From assembly GCF_019464535.1 (NCBI RefSeq), contig NZ_CP080507.1, positions 240,001 through 272,000 on the forward strand: a stretch of DNA of 32,000 bases, in the 5' to 3' direction. Shown piece after piece: positions 16,616-24,521 of the stretch. The notes beneath the pieces were generated by a model, which ran no database searches, was not told the origin of the DNA, and saw nothing but the letters and a program-made list of their open reading frames with translations. Both the position numbers and the translations under genes were made by a program. Each line of letters starts with the position of its first letter. The stretch's first letter is position 1. The stretch is from Horticoccus luteus. GTDB lineage: Bacteria > Verrucomicrobiota > Verrucomicrobiia > Opitutales > Opitutaceae.

Positions 16616-16942
16616 TTAGAAATCTTCGGGCAGATCCATCAGCCGGCGCGCTTCGCGCTCGCGGCGGGCGAATACGAGGGCGGCCTTCATGCGGCGCATC
16701 TCCGAGAAGAATACGGTGACGCCCAAGCCGCAGATCAACGCGTAGATAACACCGACGCGGCCCCACGCGCCGAGACCCGGCACGCGGAACAGCAGCGCAC
16801 CCACTTCGACGGCCAGGATCACGGCGGCCACCACCATGCTGGTGCGGACGGGCCCGTGGGCCGGCGCCACCAACGTCGAGCCGACATAACGGACAAAGGA
16901 GTGGGCCAGGCGGCCGGAGGAGGAGTGGGGAGTAGAGGACAT
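16616..16942 (-). CDS. Small hypothetical membrane protein (108 aa, 2 predicted TM helices)
   Basis: Starting from ATG 16942 it reads MSSTPHSSSGRLAHSFVRYVG...SMVVAAVILAVEVGALLF...VGVIYALICGLGVTVFF...REREARRLMDLPEDF. It is followed by a strong terminator. I recognise no family. The first 39 codons of the track ORF lie in an AT-richer spacer and are rejected. Confidence 0.55.
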   Translation of the reverse strand: MSSTPHSSSGRLAHSFVRYVGSTLVAPAHGPVRTSMVVAAVILAVEVGALLFRVPGLGAWGRVGVIYALICGLGVTVFFSEMRRMKAALVFARREREARRLMDLPEDF

Positions 16943-17074
16943 ACGTTTAGGAGTAACTGGCTCCACAGTATTCCAGATTTCCCCAGAGTTCCATAGGGGC
17001 GCCCCTGATTTTTTGGGGCGGTGTGATAAATCTCTTGTCTTCGCGAACCTGCGCCGCACGAAGCGGCGAAAAAA

Positions 17075-17704
17075 TTATGCGGCGAGGGCGGAACAATCGC
17101 GTAAAAGCGTGTTTTCGCTGAGCACGGCGCGGCGTTCGAAACGCAAAACGGCGGCGGGCTGCCAGAGGGCGGCGCGGATGGGCGCGAGGAGGCGGCGCGG
17201 CAGATCGGGGTCGGCGACGCGGCCGAGAATCGCGAGGGTCGAGCGGGAGGCGGGGAGGCCGAGCCACTCCAGCACGCCGAAGACGCCGGCGCGGTCGTGA
17301 ACGGCGGCGAGCTCGGACCAGCGCGGCGCGGCGGCGCCGCGGAGTTGGACGTGGGCGGCGACGAGCGGCAGGAGGGCGGGCGTCTCGCTGAGCTCGGCGA
17401 GGAGGGCGGGGCAGCGCGTGATGACCGCGAGCGCGGCGAGGCGGCCGAATTTGAACGAGCTCACGAACGCGCGCTCGGCGGCGGGCAGAAATTCCAGATA
17501 ACGCTGCCACTTGGCGGCATCGAGCATGACCACGCCGGCGATGAATTCGGCGGACGAGGGATCGGGTTCGTAGGCGACCCAGCCGCCGTCCTGCTCGACG
17601 GTGAACTCGACCTCCGGCCACGCGGAGACGCGATGCAGGCGGCCGAAGTGAGACCAGGTGAGTTGCACGGGCGCGGCGACTTGGGTGGCGGAGGAGCGTT
17701 TCAT
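17075..17704 (-). CDS. Hypothetical protein (209 aa), no recognisable domain
   Basis: Starting from ATG 17704 it reads MKRSSATQVAAPVQLTWSHFGRLHRVSAWPEVEFTVEQDGGWVAYEPDP..., then a helix-rich C-terminal half. Composition is ordinary for a protein, unlike the shadow ORFs that overlap it. It is divergent from the WYL regulator. Confidence 0.6.
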   Translation of the reverse strand: MKRSSATQVAAPVQLTWSHFGRLHRVSAWPEVEFTVEQDGGWVAYEPDPSSAEFIAGVVMLDAAKWQRYLEFLPAAERAFVSSFKFGRLAALAVITRCPALLAELSETPALLPLVAAHVQLRGAAAPRWSELAAVHDRAGVFGVLEWLGLPASRSTLAILGRVADPDLPRRLLAPIRAALWQPAAVLRFERRAVLSENTLLRDCSALAA

Positions 17705-17725
17705 GGCCTGAGAATAACGCAGCGC

Positions 17726-17744
17726 TGGGACATTGCCTGTCCCA
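17726..17744. promoter_or_regulatory. Inverted repeat TGGGACA-ttgcc-TGTCCCA in the divergent promoter region; candidate WYL-regulator operator
   Basis: A perfect 7-bp inverted repeat with a 5-nt spacer, centred in the 63-bp spacer between ATG 17704 (minus strand) and ATG 17768 (plus strand). Confidence 0.4.
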
Positions 17745-17767
17745 CCCGAGCCGCTATTTTGCGCCTC

Positions 17768-18751
17768 ATGACTCCTGCCGCCCGTTTGTCGCGTCCGCCA
17801 CTTGAACGCATGTTGCGCATTCACGAAGAGCTGCGGCGCGGGGCGCTGACGAACTGCACGAAGTTGACGGAGTTATTGGAGGTGTCGCGCAAGACGGTCG
17901 TGCGCGACATCGCGTTCATGCGGGACCGGTTGGATCTGCCGATCGAATACGACGCGCAGATCCAAGCGTATCGTTACACGCATCCGGTGAACGCGTTTCC
18001 GACGGTGCAGGTGACGGAGGGCGAGTTGATGGCGCTGCTCGTGGCGCGGCGGGCGCTGGAGCAATACGAGGGCACGCCGTTTCACCGGCAGCTCAAGATC
18101 GCGTTCGAGAAGCTGACGGGCGGATTGAAGGACCGGATCTCGTTTTCGCCGGCGGAGGAGCTGGGGTCGGTGTCGTTCAAGAACATCGGGCTGGGGAAGG
18201 CGGACGTCGCGGTGTTCAACGCGTTGAGCGGGGCGGTGCTGCGGCAGCACGCGGTGGAATTCGATTATCGCAAGCCGGGCGAAAAGAAGGCGGCGCGGCG
18301 CAAGGTGGAGCCGTATCATCTCTCGCACCGCGAAAACCTGTGGTATCTCGTGGGACTCGATGGGGAGCGCACGGGGTTGCGGACCTTCGCGCTGCCGCGC
18401 ATCGCGGCGGTGCGGGTGATGAACAAAACATTTCAGCGGCCGCGGGATTTCTCGCCGGAGAAGTTTTTTGCAAACGCGTTTGGCGTGCTCGGCGGCGAGG
18501 GCAACCACGTGGTGGTGGTGCGGTTTGACGCGACGGTGGCGGATCACATTCGCGAGCGCGTGTGGCATGAGTCGCAGGAGATGCGCGAGCTGGCGGGCGG
18601 GGTCTTGGAACTGACGTTGCGCCTCGGTGCGCTGCCCGAGGTCGAGCGCTGGGTGCTGGGCTGGGGCGCGCACGCGGAGGTGGTGGCACCGGCGGAATTG
18701 CGCGAGCGGTTGCGGGCGTCGGCGGCGACGTTGAGTCGAATGTATAAATGA
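17768..18751 (+). CDS. YafY-family transcriptional regulator (HTH plus WYL plus C-terminal WCX-like domain)
   Basis: Starting from ATG 17768 the HTH reads PLERMLRIHEELRRGALTNCTKLTELLEVSRKTVVRDIAFMRDRLDLPIEYD. The WYL domain reads VEPYHLSHRENLWYLVGLDGERTGLRTFALPRI. The first 157 codons of track ORF 17297..18751 are antisense to the neighbouring gene and are rejected. Confidence 0.85.
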   Translation: MTPAARLSRPPLERMLRIHEELRRGALTNCTKLTELLEVSRKTVVRDIAFMRDRLDLPIEYDAQIQAYRYTHPVNAFPTVQVTEGELMALLVARRALEQYEGTPFHRQLKIAFEKLTGGLKDRISFSPAEELGSVSFKNIGLGKADVAVFNALSGAVLRQHAVEFDYRKPGEKKAARRKVEPYHLSHRENLWYLVGLDGERTGLRTFALPRIAAVRVMNKTFQRPRDFSPEKFFANAFGVLGGEGNHVVVVRFDATVADHIRERVWHESQEMRELAGGVLELTLRLGALPEVERWVLGWGAHAEVVAPAELRERLRASAATLSRMYK

Positions 18752-18760
18752 AAAGAACGT

Positions 18761-18847
18761 GCGCCCGCGAATGGGGTGAAGGAGGCGACGCGACGCGGAA
18801 GCGCGGGAGATGGGCGCGCCCGCGAATGACGCGAAACGACGCGAATG
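18761..18847. repeat. Short dispersed or tandem repeats built on CGCGAATG
   Basis: GCGCCCGCGAATG occurs at 18761-18773 and 18816-18828. CGCGAATG occurs again at 18840-18847 (cgcgaatga cgcgaaacga cgcgaatgg). Confidence 0.8.
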
Positions 18848-19090
18848 GGCGGAGGGAACGTGCGGAGGCCGGCCGCAGCGATTATCGCTGAGCTGAAAAT
18901 CGTGATTTGAAGCGGAGTCGCGGAAACGCGAAGCGGCGGAGACGCAAAGACGTATAGGGGCGAGCGACGAATTTGGACTATCGGACGCGTCAGCGACGGG
19001 AAGGTGGGCCGTGCGCTCCGCGCGCGGCTTGGAGGCAGCGTCGGCGCATGAGCGACCGCGCGGAGCGCACGGTCCACCGGCGGGGGCGGG

Positions 19091-21466
19091 TCAGCGGGCG
19101 GTGAAGTCGAGGGTTTCGCCGACGCGGGTCGCGAGGGTGAGATGGGTGCCGCGGAGACGGCGGCGCACGCCGCGTTGGCGGACGACGAGGGTGCGACCCC
19201 ACGGATTCACGAGCCGCAGCGGCTGGCCCGCTTCGGACTTGATGCGGATCCATTGGACTTTACCGGCCGCGAAGCACGCGCTGACGAGGAAGGCGCCGAC
19301 GGCGCGCAGGGTCTGAAACTGGGCGCGGCCGTTGGCTTTCTTCCAGTTGGGAAAGAAGCGCAGTTCGCCGCTGTAGCTTTGCAGCAGGCATTCGTTGAGC
19401 ACCACGGGGAGCGCGAAATTTTCGATCCAGATGCCGAGGTGCTTCATGTAATCGTTCGGCATGGCGTCGTCGTAGCGGCCGCCGGCCTGGAGCGTCATGT
19501 CGGTGAACGTGCCGTTGGCGATCTGGCAGTAGCGCAACTGGCGCTTGAACTTTTCGAGGTCGAGCAGGCCGAGGCGCGCGCCTTGGAGATTGAGGAAGAC
19601 GAGGTCGTTGCCACCTTCGTTCTGCTGGTGGCGCCAGGTGTTGGCGGCGAGCGCGTAGGTTTCGGGCGGGGAATGCAGGCCGTGTTCCTCGCCGGGGAAA
19701 ACGGGGAGGAGCGGATTGGGGACGTTGTAGATCGCGTCGGGCGTGGCGCCGGTGACATCGGTCCAGACGCGGCCGCCGCGTGGGCTGCGTTGCTGCGGAT
19801 ACTCGGGAAAGTGCGCGAGGATTTCCTCCACCTCGGCGCGCAACGCGGACTCGGACGCTTCCACGTCGAGCGCGCGGCAGGCGTCGAGATAGGCGCGGAA
19901 AGTGAACTTGATGAGGGCGAGATCGGCGATGGCGTCGCTGAACGCGGGTTCGCCGAAGTGCTCGGGCCAGATCTCCGGCGACTGCGTGGGATGGACGTGG
20001 AATTTGTTGTCCTGCCACGGCGAAGTGGGGCCGTGGGCGTCGGGGCGGCGAAGGTAGGCGTTGAGAAAAAGGACGACCTCGCGGATCGGGCCGAACGCGC
20101 GCATGCGCAGGAACTCGCGATCCATCGAATAGAGGTAATGCCACCAGAGGCCTTGCACGGCCCACGCCACCGGCGCGAGGTGGTTGCCCCAACCGAACCA
20201 TGGCACGGGTATCGAAGGCGTGGCGACGGGCCAGTGGCGCTGGGCGATGAAGGCGCCGGGGAGTTGGTAGAAGTGGCGGGCCCAGCTTTGCGCGACCGGC
20301 AGGATCAGGTCGATCATGTCGGCGTAGGGGAGATTGTTCGCGAGGTGGTTGCTGGAGAAGGTGGACCAGAACACCTGCTGCGCGTTGTAATCCATCACGT
20401 ATTCGCCGGACCAAAGCGGAGCGCCGGTGGGGACGGGCCAGTTGCCGTAGAGCGTGGGGCAGAGGGCGCCGGGTTGCGTGGCGCAGTGGAGGAAATACTG
20501 GTTGCGATACCACGTCTCCTCGAGGAAGTCGTCGTCGAGGAGCACGCCGGACTGGCGCCAATACTGTTGCCACGATTCGCGGGTGGCGTGGGCGGCGCTC
20601 TGGAAACTGGCGCGATCGGCGCGGGGGGCGGGCGGGGTGGCGTCGGGGATTTCGGAGGCGAGGCCGTGGGTCAGTTCCACGCACGCGAAAAACGCGCCGC
20701 GACCGGCGAGGTTGGCGGGCGGGAGTTGGTAAGGCTGTTTCGGCGCGGGTGCGCGGAGGCGGTGGTGGGTGCGGCAACTCAGCACGAACGCGTGATCGTG
20801 GGCCGCATCGGCGACGAGCCCGCCGAGGATCTGGCGGAACGCGAGTTGATGTGAATCGTGCCACTGGCGGGCGGGCAGGCCGTCATGCGGCGTGAGCGCG
20901 AGGCGCAGAAAAGGCGACGGTGCGGGTTGGCCGCGTGCGTCGACGACATGGAGCCACAGGCGATCGGCGCGGGAATCGATGAACGCCTGCAACGTCACGG
21001 GGCGGCCGTGGACGAGGAAGCGAATTTCGAGGAGGGCGGTGTCGAGGTGGAGCGTGTGGCCGAGCAGTTCGGTGTCGCGGCGATCGAAGCCGAGCAGGAG
21101 CGAGCCGCAGGACCACGGGCGCGGCGCGTGGGTTTCGGACGGGCCGGTGGCGACTTTATTATACGCCTCAAGCCACGTGCGGTCGCCGGATTTGTAACGC
21201 GACCACAACTCCTCGAACGTGCCGCATTGGTCGAGTGGCACATGCGCGGCGCGACGGTCGATGACACTGTTGTGGCCGAAGAAAAACTTGACGGAGTCGG
21301 GTCGCGTGGTGGCGATGACGCCGAGGCGGCCGTTGCCGAGCACGGCGCCTTCGAAGAAATTGGTGGCGGGAATTTCGCGGCGGAGCGCGTGGCGCGCGGC
21401 ACGGCGGACGGCATCGAAGGAGCGGGGGGAGGGCGCCATTGCGGCGGACTTTGCTTTCGTTTTCAT
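19091..21466 (-). CDS. Large glycoside-hydrolase-like protein (GH95-like N-terminal domain, six-hairpin type)
   Basis: A 791-aa ORF with ordinary composition throughout. The N-terminal FFEGAVLGNGRLGVIATTRPDS resembles the Glyco_hyd_65N_2/GH95 LGNGRLG motif. It is rich in Trp and aromatic residues, as carbohydrate-active enzymes are. The family assignment is inference. Confidence 0.75.
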   Translation of the reverse strand: MKTKAKSAAMAPSPRSFDAVRRAARHALRREIPATNFFEGAVLGNGRLGVIATTRPDSVKFFFGHNSVIDRRAAHVPLDQCGTFEELWSRYKSGDRTWLEAYNKVATGPSETHAPRPWSCGSLLLGFDRRDTELLGHTLHLDTALLEIRFLVHGRPVTLQAFIDSRADRLWLHVVDARGQPAPSPFLRLALTPHDGLPARQWHDSHQLAFRQILGGLVADAAHDHAFVLSCRTHHRLRAPAPKQPYQLPPANLAGRGAFFACVELTHGLASEIPDATPPAPRADRASFQSAAHATRESWQQYWRQSGVLLDDDFLEETWYRNQYFLHCATQPGALCPTLYGNWPVPTGAPLWSGEYVMDYNAQQVFWSTFSSNHLANNLPYADMIDLILPVAQSWARHFYQLPGAFIAQRHWPVATPSIPVPWFGWGNHLAPVAWAVQGLWWHYLYSMDREFLRMRAFGPIREVVLFLNAYLRRPDAHGPTSPWQDNKFHVHPTQSPEIWPEHFGEPAFSDAIADLALIKFTFRAYLDACRALDVEASESALRAEVEEILAHFPEYPQQRSPRGGRVWTDVTGATPDAIYNVPNPLLPVFPGEEHGLHSPPETYALAANTWRHQQNEGGNDLVFLNLQGARLGLLDLEKFKRQLRYCQIANGTFTDMTLQAGGRYDDAMPNDYMKHLGIWIENFALPVVLNECLLQSYSGELRFFPNWKKANGRAQFQTLRAVGAFLVSACFAAGKVQWIRIKSEAGQPLRLVNPWGRTLVVRQRGVRRRLRGTHLTLATRVGETLDFTAR

Positions 21467-21606
21467 CGGGGGAGAACTGGGCGCGAGAAAGGCAGCTTCG
21501 CCGTGCGGTTCAACTATAAGCCGGCGGCTGGTATTCGTTGCAGAAGTGGCCGACCGAGTGGAGGGGGACCGCGCAAAATCAGAGAGAGGGGACGAACACG
21601 AGACGC

Positions 21607-21672
21607 ACTGTCAGCGGGGTGAGGGCACCCCGCCCACATGCTATCAGTGGGGTGAGGTCAACCCGCCCACAT
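21607..21672. repeat. Two tandem copies of a 33-bp unit
   Basis: Copy 1 is 21607-21639, actgtcagcggggtgagggcaccccgcccacat. Copy 2 is 21640-21672, gctatcagtggggtgaggtcaacccgcccacat. They match at 28 of 33 positions. Copy 1 contains the hairpin GGGGTG-aggg-CACCCC. Confidence 0.85.
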
Positions 21673-21716
21673 TTTTGCGGGTGCCAGCTTGCTGTTGGCA
21701 CGGCGGTTTCCTCTGG

Positions 21717-23216
21717 TCAGGCGGGGAACTCGATCCAGAAGCGGCTGCCGGCGGGTTCGTTGTCTTCGATGCCATAGCTCCCGCCGAGACGGGTCATCGC
21801 GGTGGCCACGATGGCGAGGCCCATGCCCATGCCCGGAATTTTCAATTTGGGATGGAGGCGTTCGAACATGCCGAAGGCGCGGTGGCGCGACTGCGGATCG
21901 ACACCGATGCCGTTGTCCTCAAACCAAACACGGCGGCGGCCGGCCTTTGTTTCGGCGAAGATGCGCAGGTGCAGGGATACGTCGGTGCAGCGGAATTTCA
22001 CCGCGTTGGAGATGAGATTGAAAAAGACCTGATCGAGGGCGGCGCGATCGGCGCGGACCCGGCCGAGGGGCGCGAGGAGTTCGAATTGGAGGTCCTGGGT
22101 CTCGCTCTCGCGCCGGACGCGCTCGAGGGCGAGAAGGGCGACTTCGGTGAGGTCGACGTCTTCGAACGCGAGCGGACCCTGTTGCGCGCGAGTGTAGCCG
22201 AGCAGGTCGCTGATGAGGCGCTCGAGCCGGTCGGCGGAGGCGGCGATGCGGTGGATGTGGCCGGCGGCTTCGGGTGGGAGCGAGGGTGCGAAATCGAGTC
22301 GCAGGATGTCCGAGTAACTGGAGATGGCGCGGAGAGGCGCGCGCAAGTCGTGGGCGATGGCGTAGCAAAACGCCTCCATCTGTTTCGTCTTTTCCTGCAC
22401 GGCGGTGGTGCGTTGGGCGACGAGCCGTTCCAATTCTTCGGCGGACAGTTTAAGGACGGAAATATCCTGGCACAGATCGATAAAGGAGAGTGGCCGGCCC
22501 TCGGCATCGCGGAGGAGGGCCATGCTGTTTTGCACCCACAACAGCGTGTGATCGGCGCGTTGCATTTGTTTTTCCACGACGACGCTGGTGCGTTCGCCGG
22601 TGAGCAATTGATCGATTTGCGCGCGCACGTGGTCGCGATCGGACGGCGTCGTGAGCGAGACGAGTTCGCGGCCCGGAAGGTCTTCCATGGCATAGCCGGT
22701 CATCGCGCAGAACGTGGCGTTGACCTGCTGGATGCGTCCGTGGAGATCGCTCAACACCATGCCGATGGGCGCCTGCGCGAAGGTGGCGCGAAACTGGGCG
22801 TCGCTCGCGTGCAGCGCTTGCTCGAGGGTTTTATAGGGCGTGGCGTCGCGGACGATTTTGGCGAACCCGCTGATGCGGCCCGCGTGGTCTTTCAAGGCGA
22901 CCATGCGGCCGGTGGCGAAGAGGCGGGAGCCGTCCTGGCGCACGTGCCAGCGTTCGTCGTTGGCCTGGCCTTCGCGGATGGCGCGCGCCATTTCCTGTTC
23001 GGGCACGCCGCGCTCGATGTCGCCGGGGGTGAAAATGATCCGCCCGTTGAGGCCGACCGCGGCGGACTCGGAGTAGCCGAAGATCTTTTCCGCCCCGGCG
23101 CTCCACTCTGTAATGGTGCCATCCGCGGCCATGAAAAAAATTGCATAGTCGCAGGCGGTTTCGAGGAACAGGTTGAAGCGCTGTTCCAAGGTGAGTTGCT
23201 GGGATGGAGCATCCAT
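21717..23216 (-). CDS. Sensor histidine kinase with two PAS domains (HisKA plus HATPase_c), cytoplasmic
   Basis: PAS 1 contains ACDYAIFFMAADGTITEWSAGAEKIFGY and PAS 2 contains APIGMVLSDLHGRIQQVNATFCAMTGY. The H-box is FCYAIAHDLRAPLRAI, the N-box is FFNLISNAVKF, and the G-boxes are EDNGIGV and GMGMGLAIV. I prefer ATG 23216 (MDAPSQQ); the track start at 23330 is possible. Confidence 0.85.
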   Translation of the reverse strand: MDAPSQQLTLEQRFNLFLETACDYAIFFMAADGTITEWSAGAEKIFGYSESAAVGLNGRIIFTPGDIERGVPEQEMARAIREGQANDERWHVRQDGSRLFATGRMVALKDHAGRISGFAKIVRDATPYKTLEQALHASDAQFRATFAQAPIGMVLSDLHGRIQQVNATFCAMTGYAMEDLPGRELVSLTTPSDRDHVRAQIDQLLTGERTSVVVEKQMQRADHTLLWVQNSMALLRDAEGRPLSFIDLCQDISVLKLSAEELERLVAQRTTAVQEKTKQMEAFCYAIAHDLRAPLRAISSYSDILRLDFAPSLPPEAAGHIHRIAASADRLERLISDLLGYTRAQQGPLAFEDVDLTEVALLALERVRRESETQDLQFELLAPLGRVRADRAALDQVFFNLISNAVKFRCTDVSLHLRIFAETKAGRRRVWFEDNGIGVDPQSRHRAFGMFERLHPKLKIPGMGMGLAIVATAMTRLGGSYGIEDNEPAGSRFWIEFPA

Positions 23217-23444
23217 TTGTGAAAAGCAGGTCAAAATTGCGCTTCGCCCGTTCCTCTCGGGCGCCCCGATGATGCCATGGGGGCGCGAGCCGAGGGGCGG
23301 CATCAGGAAAAGCTTGGGGCGCGGGGACACCGTGCGGGCACCTGCATCCGGGCAACGACTTGGCGATCCTCGAAGCTACTCTCCGGCACGGAAAACGGGC
23401 TAAGGATTGCCTTCCAGACCCGAACTCAGTGCGAATGGGAGCCG

Positions 23445-24521
23445 ATGGCTAACCTCGATACAGGAGAGTTTTCCCGCCCGGTCGGATTCGGCATCGTGGG
23501 ATTGGGAATGATCGCGGGATTTCACGCGCGCGCGCTGGCGGAGACGACTGGCGCGAAACTCGTCGGCGTGGTGGCGCGCGAGGCGGCGAAAGCGCAGGCG
23601 TTTGCGGCGCAGCATGGTGGCGGGTGGGCGACTGACTCGGTGGAGGAATTGGTCGCACGGGCGGACATCGACGTGGTGATCATCGCGACGCCGAGCGGGG
23701 CGCATCTGGAGCCGGCGTTGGCGGCGATTCGCGCGGGGAAACATGTGCTCGTGGAGAAACCCATCGAGATTTCCGTCGAGCGTACGGATGCGCTGCTCGC
23801 CGCGGCGGACGCGGCGGGTGTGCAGGTGGGCGCGATTTTCCAGAGTCGCTTCGGCGCGGGGGCGCAGGCGTTGAAGGCGGCGGTGGACGCGGGGCGCTTC
23901 GGGCGGTTCGTGCTGGCGAGCGCGAATGTGAAATGGCACCGCGCGGCCGATTACTATCGCGGGTGGAAAGGCACGCTCGCGCTCGATGGCGGGGCGGTGC
24001 TGATCAACCAAGGCATTCACACGGTGGATCTGTTGCAATGGCTCGCGGGGATGCCGGAGACGGTCGCGGCGTGGACGGCGCGGCGCGTGCACACGCAGAT
24101 CGAAGGCGAGGATACGATGACGGCGATGCTGCGTTTTCCGCACGGAGCGCTCGGCACGATCGAGGCGACGACGGCGGCGTGGCCGGGATGGCAGCGGCGC
24201 ATCGAACTGTGCGGGGAAAACGGCTCGGCGTTGCTCGAGGACGACCGGCTCGTGCGCTGGGATTTTCGCGACGTGCAACCCGGCGACGAGGCGGTGCGCG
24301 CGAGCGCGGTGGCGGAAGGCGCGCCGAGTGGCGGCGCGGGCGCGGCGAACCAGATCAGCTACGCGGGGCATCAACGGCAGATCGCGGATTTCGTGGCGGC
24401 GGTGCGCACGGGAAAACGCGTGGCGGTGGACGGCCGCGAGGCGCGCAAGGCGGTGGCGCTCGTGCGCGCGATTTACGAATCGGCGGCGGCGGGTGGCGCG
24501 GTTACGCGCGTGGCACCGTGA
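23445..24521 (+). CDS. Gfo/Idh/MocA-family NAD(P)-dependent oxidoreductase
   Basis: Starting from ATG 23445 it contains VGFGIVGLGMIAGFHARAL (Rossmann motif), HVLVEKPI (the EKP motif) and a C-terminal alpha/beta domain. The first 56 track codons are rejected. Confidence 0.85.
   Translation: MANLDTGEFSRPVGFGIVGLGMIAGFHARALAETTGAKLVGVVAREAAKAQAFAAQHGGGWATDSVEELVARADIDVVIIATPSGAHLEPALAAIRAGKHVLVEKPIEISVERTDALLAAADAAGVQVGAIFQSRFGAGAQALKAAVDAGRFGRFVLASANVKWHRAADYYRGWKGTLALDGGAVLINQGIHTVDLLQWLAGMPETVAAWTARRVHTQIEGEDTMTAMLRFPHGALGTIEATTAAWPGWQRRIELCGENGSALLEDDRLVRWDFRDVQPGDEAVRASAVAEGAPSGGAGAANQISYAGHQRQIADFVAAVRTGKRVAVDGREARKAVALVRAIYESAAAGGAVTRVAP

Noticed and set aside
19142-20864. 570-aa plus-strand and 534-aa minus-strand ORFs overlapping the GH95-like gene
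   Set aside because: They are alternative-frame and antisense ORFs with Arg/Pro/Gly-dominated composition. The 791-aa frame is the only one with protein-like sequence along its full length.
21607-21672. Possible CRISPR array
   Set aside because: There are only two directly abutting, imperfect 33-bp copies with no spacers, and no cas genes are in the window.
21219-23222. 667-aa plus-strand ORF
   Set aside because: It is antisense to the PAS histidine kinase, runs across the intergenic repeats, and has no motifs.
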